A DNA stretch of 64,000 nucleotides from a virus (lineage: Duplodnaviria; Caudoviricetes), in the IMG/VR virus record IMGVR_UViG_3300035180_001680, one strand, 5' to 3'. Positions 11,743-21,865 of this stretch are shown here, in pieces. The notes beneath the pieces were generated by a model, which had not been told where the DNA came from, made no database searches, and saw only the letters and a program-made list of their open reading frames with translations. The position numbers and the translations under genes were made by a program. Every line of letters starts with the position of its first letter. The stretch's first letter is position 1.

Positions 11743-13038
11743 ATGTCTAATTTGGTTCCATTATATATTGACAAGGACACAGGTAAGTGGGTTGCAAAAA
11801 GTAATCCGAGTAGTGGAGGTGGAAGTAGTGGAGGTGTTGATCCACTTGTGTGGACTGAAAACAACAACTTACGAACATTAACAGGGTTTATCGATAAAGG
11901 TGTGTTACAGTTAGTTCGGTCTGCGAGTTTTAATCCGAATAATTTACTAGAATTAGTTCTTGCAACTTTTTCACCGACACTGTCGGCTTCACCACTTCCA
12001 TCAACCTCACTTAATTGGGACGTTCCTGCTAATGGTTTTAATATTTCAGTTGCTAATCCGCCGGATTTTACAACAGAATATATTAGTTCTGTTAGAAGTA
12101 TTACAGCTACAACAGGTTCAATAAGTCCTTTGGAAAATTTTACAGCTGGGTCTATGCTCCCAACACCAAGCGGTGGAATAAGCTGGACACAACAATTTAC
12201 AACTCCACCATCTGGGTATATTCGTCCTATTTCTACTACAATTAACGGAGGCAGTGTTAACGGAGTTATTAGTTTTAATTACTCAACAGGTTCCGGAGAG
12301 CTACCGTTTACAGATAACGCTGCCCAAGTAAACATTACATGGGTAACACCAACCTTAACACTGTTGTTGGGAAATTTAACCGGTCAAACATTCTTATCAT
12401 CATATACTTCTACTCCATATACAATTACTGTTTCAGGTATAAATAATGTTGCTGCTGTATGTTCTAGTTCTGTTACTCCTGTTGGAGGAAATGTTAACAA
12501 TCCAACATCCAACGGAACGTTTACATTTACAGTTCCAATCACCAAAGACAACATTAGTATAACAAGAACTTTAACTTGTTTAACAACGTTTACAAGACCT
12601 GTATCAGTTACTGGGACATCCTATACAGCTCAACTGTCGTCGTCGGCATCTATTTTATCTGCAGCATTCACGTATCCATCTCTTTATTTGTGGACAGCAT
12701 CTGTTGCAGTTGTTCCAACAGTTAGTAATATCGTTAATGGAACAGGCTTCGCTGCTGGAGTAACACAGTTGGGAGATCAAGTAAAAGCACTTTCTGGGTA
12801 TATCATGAATAATGCAGTTGTTCCTCAAGCATTCTGGTTTGCAGTCAAAACTTCGGCAACTCAACCAACAACGTTTAAAACTGGTGCTTCACCATCATTA
12901 TTATCAGATGTCTCCGTTACAACAGGAAATTCTGTATCGTTACAACCAACCCCGCTACCTTCTGGTTATGTTCCTGTTAGCTACAATTTATATGGAATTA
13001 TTCTACAGCCTGGTAATACATATGTGAGTATATCATGA
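11743..13038 (+). CDS. Ser/Thr-rich Ig-like virion protein (431 aa)
   Basis: Strong RBS AGGAGG. Thr/Ser/Pro-rich beta-strand composition, in the tail-fibre cluster. Confidence 0.55.
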   Translation: MSNLVPLYIDKDTGKWVAKSNPSSGGGSSGGVDPLVWTENNNLRTLTGFIDKGVLQLVRSASFNPNNLLELVLATFSPTLSASPLPSTSLNWDVPANGFNISVANPPDFTTEYISSVRSITATTGSISPLENFTAGSMLPTPSGGISWTQQFTTPPSGYIRPISTTINGGSVNGVISFNYSTGSGELPFTDNAAQVNITWVTPTLTLLLGNLTGQTFLSSYTSTPYTITVSGINNVAAVCSSSVTPVGGNVNNPTSNGTFTFTVPITKDNISITRTLTCLTTFTRPVSVTGTSYTAQLSSSASILSAAFTYPSLYLWTASVAVVPTVSNIVNGTGFAAGVTQLGDQVKALSGYIMNNAVVPQAFWFAVKTSATQPTTFKTGASPSLLSDVSVTTGNSVSLQPTPLPSGYVPVSYNLYGIILQPGNTYVSIS

Positions 13039-13601
13039 GTGGAAATTATAACGGACTAACCAAAAATACATGGCCTGGAACTTGGGCACCAAACTCCAAT
13101 GCTCCTATTGCAATTGATACTGACCTTCGTGGAACTTTGCAAAGTATTTCAGGAACTGTTGGAGATTATTTAACAAACATTTCAGGTCAACGTTTAACAG
13201 AAGGTATGTTAGTATATCTTCAAAATGGATATACAGCTGGATCTTTTGTTCGCTCTGGAGATACGTATTATAAATATGTCAGTCAGACTGGAGAAGTAAG
13301 AGATTTCGCTACTGGTGCTTTACCAAATAGTGAAATTAATTGGATAGAAACAAATTTAGGAAGTGGTCAAATTATTTCCTTTCCAGCGTTTGGGTATGTT
13401 CATACACAAATATCTTCTGTGAACCAATGGGTAATTCAACACAATCAAAATACTACATCATTAATTTGTCAAATATACACAACAGCCAGGGAACACATCT
13501 TTCCTGACTCAACCATAATTGATGACGCAAACCAAATTACTGTAACATTTACAACCCCAATGAGTGGTTTCGCCCATTTAATATTGTTCAAACCAGCATA
13601 A
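13035..13601 (+). CDS. Tail-fibre-associated protein with a C-terminal W-x-I-x-HN domain (188 aa)
   Basis: ATGA overlap with the previous gene. The C-terminal domain is shared with genes at 13992-18457. Confidence 0.55.
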   Translation: MSGNYNGLTKNTWPGTWAPNSNAPIAIDTDLRGTLQSISGTVGDYLTNISGQRLTEGMLVYLQNGYTAGSFVRSGDTYYKYVSQTGEVRDFATGALPNSEINWIETNLGSGQIISFPAFGYVHTQISSVNQWVIQHNQNTTSLICQIYTTAREHIFPDSTIIDDANQITVTFTTPMSGFAHLILFKPA

Positions 13602-13622
13602 ATAACATAAAAGGATATTAGA

Positions 13623-13862
13623 ATGCAATATAAAACGAGTGATATAGTTTTGGCTGCTTGCTTAAAAATTAATAGTTATGAACTTGATACTATTACAGTT
13701 GAAACTAATGGAAAAGGAACGTTTGTTTTTAATAACGTCAGTGATGATTTTTTACAAAATTTTGATTTTGGAAAGATTTTAGTTGAACCAATCACATTCA
13801 ACAATACAATTAAACAATTAACGACATCAGTGCGTAGATTAAATAAGAGTTCCACAGAATAA
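13623..13862 (+). CDS. Small conserved protein, DUF5659-like (79 aa)
   Basis: TSDIVLAACL...GKGTFVF...VEPITF pattern recognised from memory. CATAAATA at 13597-13604. Confidence 0.45.
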   Translation: MQYKTSDIVLAACLKINSYELDTITVETNGKGTFVFNNVSDDFLQNFDFGKILVEPITFNNTIKQLTTSVRRLNKSSTE

Positions 13863-13991
13863 CGTAGGGAATCAACGAAGTTTTTGAATGTAACTTTATA
13901 ACCATAAATATAAACATGATAGAAATATCTTTTGGTATGTTTTTGCAAAAACACACAGGTTTAAACAACAAAAAATTTTCAGGAGAATAAA

Positions 13992-16838
13992 ATGCAAGTT
14001 AATGGTAATTTAAAATTTTCTACACTAGGCGCTGGTGAACTTCAGAATGCAGTGATGGAACGGGTATCCGATTTGACCTCTTTGGCGGCAACAACAGCGG
14101 GTCGTATTGCTTTCCAAACAGGTGCTGGAACGACATATCCTGGAATTGGTTATTACTACGCTGATGGTGCAGCTTGGGTGCGCTTAGCAACAGGTGGAAA
14201 CGCCACAGCTCTTCAAACAGAAGTTGATAACATTGAGACTGCTGTTGGTTTAAAAGCTGACGGAACGTTTAATGCTGGCTCATATACAGGTGCATGGTAT
14301 ATTACGGCGCCAGCTTCTGTTGCAGATGCAATTATGCAATTGGACGCAGCAATTAATTCTGCTAATGAGTTGTCAGAATTGTTAGACGTTAACACAGGTT
14401 TACACAATGCTAATGCAACGAATGGACAATTCCTTCAATATCAAGCCATTGATCCATATGATCCATATGGAACCGGTGATGCAAAGTGGCATAATCATAC
14501 ATTAGTTCTTGCTGATGTAACCGATGTTACAACAACAGCAACAGAAGTTAATCAACTTTATTCTGCTGGTGCAGTAAATGCAGACTTCGTTAAGCTTCAT
14601 GCAATTACAGAAACAGCTGCTAACATCAATGGTTTTGATGCACGTATTACAAACAACGAAGGTGATGTTCTAAATCTAGAAACATTCACAGGTATGACTG
14701 ACGGTTCAGCTGCTCATAGCTATTCTTCAACAACAATTGTTGGTTCGACTGACAGTCTTCAAGTTGCTATCGGTAAGTTGGATGCAGCCACAGGTGCAGT
14801 TGCTACAGGCGGTACCGGAATTCTTGCTTCTAATGGTACAACAATTTCCTATCGTACATTAACAGCTCCTACAGCTGGTATTACAGTCACAAACGGGAAT
14901 GGTGCTTCTGGTAACCCAACACTTGCTCTTGCGAATGACTTGGCTGCTTATGAAGGTTTGACAACAACTGGTTATGTCGTCCGTACGGGTAATGGTACAG
15001 CAACAACACGTTCACTCGCAGTTAATTCTGGTCAGTTAGTTATTACTGGTGATGCTTCTGGTGTTACTACAGATACAACATTTGGTCTTGCAACTGTTAC
15101 AGATTCAGGTTCAGGTACATTCTTGAAGTTAGCTACAGACACATTTGGTCGTGTAACAGGAACTACAGCAGTTGTTACTGCAGACATTACAGCTCTTGTT
15201 GATGCAACTTATGTTAACGTTGCTGGTGACACAATGACTGGTAATTTGGTCATGTCCTCTGGTACATATATCACTCTTCCAGATGCCCCAACAGCAAACA
15301 CACAAGCAGCTAACAAGGCATATGTTGATTCAGCAGTTAATGGTCTTTCATGGAAGCCTGCAGTTGTAGTTGCAACCACAGGAAATGTAACAATTACTGC
15401 TCCTGGTGCCGCGATTGATGGTATTACTCTTACAGCGGGTGACCGTGTATTGGTAAAAGATCAAACAACTGCTTCCGAAAATGGTATCTATGTGTTCAAT
15501 GGTGCAGCTACAGCAATGACTCGTGCAGCAGATATGAATACAGCAGCAGAATTTGATGGATCAGCTACATTCGTTCAGCAAGGTACAGTCAACGAAGGTA
15601 CAGGTTGGACAGAAACAGCTACAGTTACTACAGTTGGAACCGACAGTGTTGCATTCAGCCAGTTCTCTGGTGGTCAAGCATTCGTTTGGGGTACAGGTTT
15701 GGCTAACACTGGTAACACAGTTTACATTAACATGGGTGCTGGTATTGTTCAATTACCTACTGATGAAGTTGGTGTTGACGTTGTATCTGGTAAGGCTGTT
15801 CAGCTTACAAGTACAGCTACAGGTGGTCAGTTAACATTCGTTCTTGATTCAGGTTCTGGAATGGAACAGTCTGCTACAGGCTTGAAGATCAGTGCTGCTG
15901 GTGTTACAAATGCAATGTTAGCACATCCTTCATTCACAATTAACGGTGATACAGCTACCGATACATTAGTTCTTGGTGATACGTTACAAATCAAGGGTGA
16001 CTCCGTACAAGGTATCGCTTCTGATGTTGTTGAATCCCCAGCAGGAACTTCTACATTCACAATCACAGCTGCTAATGCTTCTTCTTCACAGAAGGGTGTT
16101 GCTAAGTTTGATGCAACTGAATTTACAGTAACTTCTGGTAGTGTTGTTCTTGGAACAATTGGTAACAGTAAGCTTGCAAACAGTTCCATCACAATGGCTG
16201 CTGATACAGGTACTGCTGATCCAGTCGCTCTTGGTGAAACATTCTCAGTATTAGGAACTTCAGGTCAAGGTATCACAACTGCAGTTACAGCTAACACAAT
16301 CACAATCAATGCTTCTGATGCTTCTTCTTCACAGAAGGGTGTTGCTAGTTTCGGTACAGACTTCACAGTTACAACCGGTGCAGTTGCGTTATCACACAAC
16401 ACCATTACAGTTGCTGGTGATACAGGTTCTAGTACAGTAGCTCTTGGTGCAACATTGACGATTGCTGGTAGTTCAACAGTTACTACAACTGAAAGCGCTG
16501 GAACAGTTACTGTTTCTGTGAACACAGCAGGTATTAACCTTGGTGATTTGCATGATGTTGGCACAGCTCCTGCAACAGCTTCTGGAACAGCTCTTATTGC
16601 TGATGGTACTGCATGGCAAGCACAGAAGATTTATCACCAAGGAACAGTTGGAACAGCTGCTACATCATGGACGATCACACACAATATTGGTCAGAAATAT
16701 GTTGTTGTTACAATCGTTGATAATTTAGATGAAGTTATTATTCCACAAAGCATCACATTTACAGATGCAAACACAGTTACAGTTACTTTTAACACAGCTG
16801 TCGCTGGAACCTGTATTGTTATGGGTGTTAAGGGTTAA
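13992..16838 (+). CDS. Long tail fibre / receptor-binding-like protein (948 aa)
   Basis: CATAAATA at 13903-13910 and RBS AGGAG. Thr/Ala/Gly/Val-rich, with internal repeats (ASSSQKGVA x2, IT.AGDTG...LG.T x3) and a C-terminal W-x-I-x-HN domain. Confidence 0.7.
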   Translation: MQVNGNLKFSTLGAGELQNAVMERVSDLTSLAATTAGRIAFQTGAGTTYPGIGYYYADGAAWVRLATGGNATALQTEVDNIETAVGLKADGTFNAGSYTGAWYITAPASVADAIMQLDAAINSANELSELLDVNTGLHNANATNGQFLQYQAIDPYDPYGTGDAKWHNHTLVLADVTDVTTTATEVNQLYSAGAVNADFVKLHAITETAANINGFDARITNNEGDVLNLETFTGMTDGSAAHSYSSTTIVGSTDSLQVAIGKLDAATGAVATGGTGILASNGTTISYRTLTAPTAGITVTNGNGASGNPTLALANDLAAYEGLTTTGYVVRTGNGTATTRSLAVNSGQLVITGDASGVTTDTTFGLATVTDSGSGTFLKLATDTFGRVTGTTAVVTADITALVDATYVNVAGDTMTGNLVMSSGTYITLPDAPTANTQAANKAYVDSAVNGLSWKPAVVVATTGNVTITAPGAAIDGITLTAGDRVLVKDQTTASENGIYVFNGAATAMTRAADMNTAAEFDGSATFVQQGTVNEGTGWTETATVTTVGTDSVAFSQFSGGQAFVWGTGLANTGNTVYINMGAGIVQLPTDEVGVDVVSGKAVQLTSTATGGQLTFVLDSGSGMEQSATGLKISAAGVTNAMLAHPSFTINGDTATDTLVLGDTLQIKGDSVQGIASDVVESPAGTSTFTITAANASSSQKGVAKFDATEFTVTSGSVVLGTIGNSKLANSSITMAADTGTADPVALGETFSVLGTSGQGITTAVTANTITINASDASSSQKGVASFGTDFTVTTGAVALSHNTITVAGDTGSSTVALGATLTIAGSSTVTTTESAGTVTVSVNTAGINLGDLHDVGTAPATASGTALIADGTAWQAQKIYHQGTVGTAATSWTITHNIGQKYVVVTIVDNLDEVIIPQSITFTDANTVTVTFNTAVAGTCIVMGVKG

Positions 16839-16853
16839 TTTTAAAACTCTTAC

Positions 16854-16880
16854 AAAAAAGCCTCTTCGGAGGCTTTTTTT
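16854..16880. terminator. Rho-independent terminator with C(UUCG)G tetraloop
   Basis: AAAAAAGCCTC-TTCG-GAGGCTTTTTTT directly after the fibre gene. Confidence 0.9.
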
Positions 16881-16932
16881 GTTTCTCCTAAATCATAAAT
16901 ACTACTATGACACAAACTACGGAGAATAAAAA

Positions 16933-17343
16933 ATGAAATCTTATGGAGATATTGACCTTAACAACAACCAAATGCAGCGCATGGCTCTTCAAGAAGAAGC
17001 AAATCTCCCAAACCCCCCCGTAGTTGGTAGAATTGCTTACACAGGAAAGAGAGTTTGGATTTGTGCTGAAATTACTCTTGGAGTTCCAGCTTGGATTCCT
17101 TTAACAGGAACAACAAATACATATACGCATGATCAAACTACTGCTTCCTCATCTTGGACTGTCGTTCACAATCTGAATGCAGGTAGTCCATTAGTTCAGG
17201 TTTATGATAATACAGGAAACATGTTAATTCCTAATTCGGTTGTCCCAATTAACAATAATAGTCTTACGATAACCTTTGGAACTAGTATTACAGGTCGTGC
17301 AGTTGTTATGTTTGGTGATACCACAGTTTATCCAACAGTTTAA
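16933..17343 (+). CDS. Small tail-fibre-related protein (136 aa)
   Basis: CATAAATA at 16894-16901 and RBS GGAG. N-terminal MKSYG...VVGRIAY module plus one HN domain. Confidence 0.6.
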   Translation: MKSYGDIDLNNNQMQRMALQEEANLPNPPVVGRIAYTGKRVWICAEITLGVPAWIPLTGTTNTYTHDQTTASSSWTVVHNLNAGSPLVQVYDNTGNMLIPNSVVPINNNSLTITFGTSITGRAVVMFGDTTVYPTV

Positions 17344-17359
17344 TTTAAGGAGGCATGTT

Positions 17360-17995
17360 GTGAAATTTTATGGTGACTTAAATTTAAACGATAACCAAGC
17401 TCAACAAATGGCTTTGCAAGTTGAAGCAGATTTTCCCTTAACACCTGTTGTAGGAAGAATTACCTTTAAAGGTAAACGAGTTTGGATTTGTATTCAGGCT
17501 GGTGTAAACACTATTTGGGTTCCATTAGGACCAAAACATGACACATTTGTGTTAACACAGTCTACGCCAAGCACTTCTTGGACAATTCAACACAATTTCA
17601 ACACAACAACTGCAATAACAACAACTCCAATATATCCTCTTGTTCAAATATTTGATGATACGAACAATCAAATTATTCCAGATGCAATACATTATGTGGA
17701 CGATTCCTCTATTATGGTTACATTCAATACAGCTGCATCGGGAACTGCTGTTTGTATGTATGGAGATGATAATTTGTATGGAGGTTTAATTACTCCACAA
17801 TATGCATACGAATATACACAATCAACACCATCAGCCACTTGGGTTGTTCGTCATTGGTTAGGTTATGTTCCTAATGTTCGTGTATTCAATGGTACTGGAG
17901 AAGAAATTCAACCTTATTCCATTAAAGTTGATGATGCTTTTCAGGTCACAATAACATTTACCAGTGCAATTACTGGTGTTGCTAAACTGGTTTAA
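17360..17995 (+). CDS. Small tail-fibre-related protein with two HN domains (GTG start, 211 aa)
   Basis: AGGAGG at 17348-17353 and in-frame GTG at 17360 give MKFYGDLNL, paralogous to the N-terminus of the 16933 gene. The ORF-track start at 17276 is probably too early. Confidence 0.6.
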   Translation: MKFYGDLNLNDNQAQQMALQVEADFPLTPVVGRITFKGKRVWICIQAGVNTIWVPLGPKHDTFVLTQSTPSTSWTIQHNFNTTTAITTTPIYPLVQIFDDTNNQIIPDAIHYVDDSSIMVTFNTAASGTAVCMYGDDNLYGGLITPQYAYEYTQSTPSATWVVRHWLGYVPNVRVFNGTGEEIQPYSIKVDDAFQVTITFTSAITGVAKLV

Positions 17996-18234
17996 TGGAG
18001 AAAATCATGGGAATGAAAACAATTTCAAATAAGTTTTATTTTGAACAATCTACAGCATCAACAACTTGGACAATTACACATAATCTTCAAACGAATATGC
18101 CTTGTGTAGATTTTTGGGTTATGGATGGAGGAACATATACAAAGATTATGCCTTCATCAATGATTGTTTCTAATGCTAATACGTTAGTTGCCACATTTTC
18201 GTCAGCACAAGCTGGTCGTGCTACAGTAGTTTAA
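17995..18234 (+). CDS. Single HN-domain protein (79 aa)
   Basis: FYFEQSTASTTWTITHNL...TFSSAQAGRATVV. A later Met start is possible. Confidence 0.55.
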   Translation: MEKIMGMKTISNKFYFEQSTASTTWTITHNLQTNMPCVDFWVMDGGTYTKIMPSSMIVSNANTLVATFSSAQAGRATVV

Positions 18235-18244
18235 GGAGAAACTC

Positions 18245-18457
18245 ATGGCTCAATATAATCACATTCAATCAACGAGTTCGTCTTCTTGGACAATTGCTCA
18301 TAACTTAGGAACAAACGCTGAAGTTATAGACGTGTATGTTGTCAATTCTGGAAATCTGGAGAAAATCCTCCCATTAAGTGTTCAACATACAGACATTAAC
18401 ACAATAACAGTCACATTTACTACAGGATTTACAGGAAATGTAAGGGTTGTTGGTTAA
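18245..18457 (+). CDS. Single HN-domain protein (70 aa)
   Basis: RBS AAGGAG. YNHIQSTSSSSWTIAHNL...TFTTGFTGNVRVVG. Confidence 0.6.
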   Translation: MAQYNHIQSTSSSSWTIAHNLGTNAEVIDVYVVNSGNLEKILPLSVQHTDINTITVTFTTGFTGNVRVVG

Positions 18458-18491
18458 AGTATAAATAGATAAAATTAATTGGAGAAAACAA

Positions 18492-19094
18492 ATGAAATTA
18501 CGTGGAACACTTGAAAATAAAAAATATAGTACCTTAACAGAATGGGAAGACGATGAAGATGATTTGTCCCCATCCGAAAAAGCACTGGTTGCAAAGGCAG
18601 ATAAAGATTTATCTAAACGTGGTGTTAAGGTTAAAGATTTTGACCCTGATAAAGTTGTTGGGAATAAAAGTTCAAAAGACGAAGACGATGATGAGGCACC
18701 AAGTGGTAAATCAACACCAAAGCCCGCAAATAAAACAGCCAAATCAACAGAACATAACGGTGGTGAAGCTTCTACAAAGTCACGCGGAGAAAAGGTTGCA
18801 CAAGCTCGTAAATTTCTACAAGACCATCCAAATGCAACCAGAAAAGAGTTTACCGTGTTCGTTGCAAATCATGGAGTTTCTCCTGCCTACGCAAATACGA
18901 TGTTCTACTTGATGAAAAACAAACTTCGAGAAGTGTTTTATATTATGAATGATAACGGAGAAGTTTTAGCAGAAGGTGATGAATGGACCGTATTTGAAGA
19001 TTATGGAAAACGTTTGCAGATGTTTAAGAGTGAATGGACTGCGAAAAGCAAAACTCTTAAAAAGGGTGGAAAAGTTAAACAGTTTAAACTTTAA
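18492..19094 (+). CDS. Late, highly charged protein with a capsid-targeting-like leader (200 aa)
   Basis: TATAAATA at 18460-18467 and RBS GGAG. Starts MKLRGTLE...LTE, with D/E- and K-rich blocks. Confidence 0.5.
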   Translation: MKLRGTLENKKYSTLTEWEDDEDDLSPSEKALVAKADKDLSKRGVKVKDFDPDKVVGNKSSKDEDDDEAPSGKSTPKPANKTAKSTEHNGGEASTKSRGEKVAQARKFLQDHPNATRKEFTVFVANHGVSPAYANTMFYLMKNKLREVFYIMNDNGEVLAEGDEWTVFEDYGKRLQMFKSEWTAKSKTLKKGGKVKQFKL

Positions 19095-19119
19095 AATTCT
19101 CAAGGGAAGGGAAGATTTG

Positions 19120-19144
19120 GGGGCGAAGAAATTCGCCCCTTTTT
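19120..19144 (+). terminator. Rho-independent terminator
   Basis: GGGGCGAA-GAAA-TTCGCCCC-TTTTT. Confidence 0.85.
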
Positions 19145-19200
19145 ATGTTTAACTCTATTTTAATTGAATCATAAATACTTTCACTATTATCTTGTAACCA

Positions 19201-20721
19201 ATGTTAAAAAGTATTTTAAAACAAAATGGTATTCTAACTGAAAAAGGAATTTCTAATAATTATAAAAGAATATTAGTTAAACATCCTTCGATTGAACAAC
19301 AAATAATTGATTTTACTAAATTTCTTGATATAGAAGATTATTTACCTTCTATGAAAGAACGGTTATTGTGTATTTTCAAAGACATAACTTCGGTTCCTAG
19401 ATGTCCACAATGTGGGAAGATTTCATCATTTGTTCAATCTTCGTATAGAACTTTTTGTTCCTCAATATGTGCTCAATCCAATATTCAAACAAGAAATAAA
19501 CACAAACAAACTATGTTAAAAACATATGGTGTGGAATATGGGGGACAAACAGATGAACAAAAACAAAAAAGAAAAAATACTTGTTTGTTTCGTTACGGAG
19601 TTGATCATCATTGGAAAAATTCATCCATTCAACAAAAACGCATCAATACATTTGCTTCAAATTATGGAGTAATAAACCCTCAACAACAATACTTTAGTGA
19701 TGAAACTTTGTCGTTGTTAAATGATATAAATTGGTTGACGCATGAACACCATGTTTTACAAAAATCGTGTGCAGAAATATCCAACAATCTACAAGTAAAT
19801 CCTACCACAGTTTCGAATTACTTACACAAGTACAATATTCCTATTAAACATTTTAATACATCACTTGCTCAACGAGAAATTGGTTCATTTCTTCAAAATT
19901 TCACCTCCGTGGAACTCAACAATAGAACAATCTTAACTTCTGGTAAAGAAATTGATGTTTTTTTACCAGATTATAATATTGCTATAGAATATTGTGGATT
20001 GTATTGGCATAGTGATTATTTTGAACGTAACACCAAAAATTCACATTTAAATAAATTAAACGAATTGTTACTTAAAGACATTAGATTAATAACAATTTTT
20101 GAAGATGAGTGGACACTAAAACAGGATATAGTAAAATTGAAATTGCTTGCGATATTAGGAAAAGACCCTCGTAAACGGGTATTTGCTAGACAAACATATA
20201 TATCTAATGTTTCAACACAAGAAAAACAAATATTTTTTGAAAATACTCATATTCAAGGTAATGGTCCAAGTTCTATTAATATTGGTTTGTATGATACACA
20301 CGAACTAGTTGCTTGTATGGGATTAATCAAACAAAAAAATAATAGATATATAATTAATAGATATTCTACTTCTGCACAAGTTGTGGGAGGTTTTAGTAAA
20401 CTACTAACATATTTTATTAAAAACTATAATCCCACGCAACTTGTATCTTTTGCTGACAGAAGATGGGGAGAAGGGAATTTGTATCACAAAACTGGTTTTA
20501 GTTTGGAGTATATCATTACTCCTGATTATCATTATGTTGTTAATCACAAACGAATACACAAATTTAATTTTAGACACAACAATCTTAAAAAAATTCTTAC
20601 TAAGTATGATGAACACTCGAGTGAAGTTGTTAACTGTAAAAATAATGGAATTTTTAGAATATGGGATTGTGGGTTAATAAAGTTCACCATAAATACAGCA
20701 CAACGTGGAGAAACACAATGA
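19201..20721 (+). CDS. Putative free-standing homing endonuclease, Hef/Vsr-like PD-(D/E)XK fold with Zn ribbon and C-terminal GNAT-like region (506 aa)
   Basis: CPQC...C-x3-C, KTYGVE-type repeats, EIDVFLPDYNIAIEYCGLYWHS and C-terminal RIWDCG. Paralogous to 22396-23898. Confidence 0.65.
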   Translation: MLKSILKQNGILTEKGISNNYKRILVKHPSIEQQIIDFTKFLDIEDYLPSMKERLLCIFKDITSVPRCPQCGKISSFVQSSYRTFCSSICAQSNIQTRNKHKQTMLKTYGVEYGGQTDEQKQKRKNTCLFRYGVDHHWKNSSIQQKRINTFASNYGVINPQQQYFSDETLSLLNDINWLTHEHHVLQKSCAEISNNLQVNPTTVSNYLHKYNIPIKHFNTSLAQREIGSFLQNFTSVELNNRTILTSGKEIDVFLPDYNIAIEYCGLYWHSDYFERNTKNSHLNKLNELLLKDIRLITIFEDEWTLKQDIVKLKLLAILGKDPRKRVFARQTYISNVSTQEKQIFFENTHIQGNGPSSINIGLYDTHELVACMGLIKQKNNRYIINRYSTSAQVVGGFSKLLTYFIKNYNPTQLVSFADRRWGEGNLYHKTGFSLEYIITPDYHYVVNHKRIHKFNFRHNNLKKILTKYDEHSSEVVNCKNNGIFRIWDCGLIKFTINTAQRGETQ

Positions 20722-21809
20722 ATTTTAATAATAAAGACTTCCTTCCTGTTAGTGTAAAAGGACATGTACGCATTACAGACGATTTAAATAATGTCTTATT
20801 AGATAAGACAAACGCTATACACCCTGAAAATATGGCACGTGTTTTTGCACGAGCACTCTCAAATGAAAATAATTTTTACATTTATCGTATGGCATTTGGT
20901 AATGGTGGAACAATCGTTGATGCTGCATACACGATTACATACAAAACACCAAATGACGGACAAGCGCCAGACACAGCAGGGTGGAAATCATCTCTCTATA
21001 ACGAGACATACAGTGAGATTGTCGATGACTCATCTGCTTTGGATGACACGGGACCTGGAGCATCTCCCATAAATGATGTTGCAAAAAATTCTGTTGTTAG
21101 TTCAGAGAGTGGATTAATTTCATCTGTTACAGTTTCTGTTACACTAAATCCATTTGAGCCTGCTGGACAATCTACTACTGATATTCTTCCACCTTCCGAA
21201 TCTACAGGGGATGCATTTGTTTTTGATGAAATCGGGTTATATACAACAGGAGCACCACACAACGCAACTCTTGGTTATCAGGAAGTGAATGTAAGTAACA
21301 AACTAGATACTGATTCTTCGGGTTTGGCTGTTAATACAAATTATACATTTACTATTTCCGTCGATGGTGGAACAGCACAGGTTATAACAATTGACACAGG
21401 TATAGGTAGTGGTGCAGGTGGTGATATTTTATTTAGTGATTTAACAAATATCATTAACTCCGTGTTAGTTGGTGCAACTGTTGCTATATCTAATGCATCT
21501 GGGACTGTGAACACCTTTGGAAATCTTCGCTTTGTATCTAATTCAAGTGGTAGCACTTCATCTATTAACATCACGACGCCCTCAACGATTCCATCTAATT
21601 GGTTGTTTTCTAATTTGACAGGTTTTGGGGGGAGCGTGAGTCCTGCTGTTGCTGGTCAAGATCAAGGTTTTCAAAATGATCCAACCAATCCTGCTTTGGA
21701 GGGTGAACGATTATTAACACATTTAATTTTCAGTCCCGTGAGAAAGAGTGCCAATAGAACATTGACTATTAAGTACGTTTTATCGATTCAGGTAGCACGA
21801 AGTACATAA
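20718..21809 (+). CDS. Virion structural protein (363 aa)
   Basis: CATAAATA at 20688-20695 and GGAG at 20707-20710 support the ATG at 20718 rather than 20661. NAIHPENM...MAFGNGG motif recalled from jumbo-phage structural proteins. Confidence 0.6.
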   Translation: MNFNNKDFLPVSVKGHVRITDDLNNVLLDKTNAIHPENMARVFARALSNENNFYIYRMAFGNGGTIVDAAYTITYKTPNDGQAPDTAGWKSSLYNETYSEIVDDSSALDDTGPGASPINDVAKNSVVSSESGLISSVTVSVTLNPFEPAGQSTTDILPPSESTGDAFVFDEIGLYTTGAPHNATLGYQEVNVSNKLDTDSSGLAVNTNYTFTISVDGGTAQVITIDTGIGSGAGGDILFSDLTNIINSVLVGATVAISNASGTVNTFGNLRFVSNSSGSTSSINITTPSTIPSNWLFSNLTGFGGSVSPAVAGQDQGFQNDPTNPALEGERLLTHLIFSPVRKSANRTLTIKYVLSIQVARST

Positions 21810-21819
21810 TTCTTCTGAA

Positions 21820-21852
21820 AAAATAAAAGGCCCCTTTGGGGCCTTTTATTTT
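21820..21852. terminator. Bidirectional terminator between convergent genes
   Basis: 15-bp perfect stem AAAATAAAAGGCCCC-TTT-GGGGCCTTTTATTTT. Confidence 0.9.
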
Positions 21853-21865
21853 GTGTGGCTTCATA

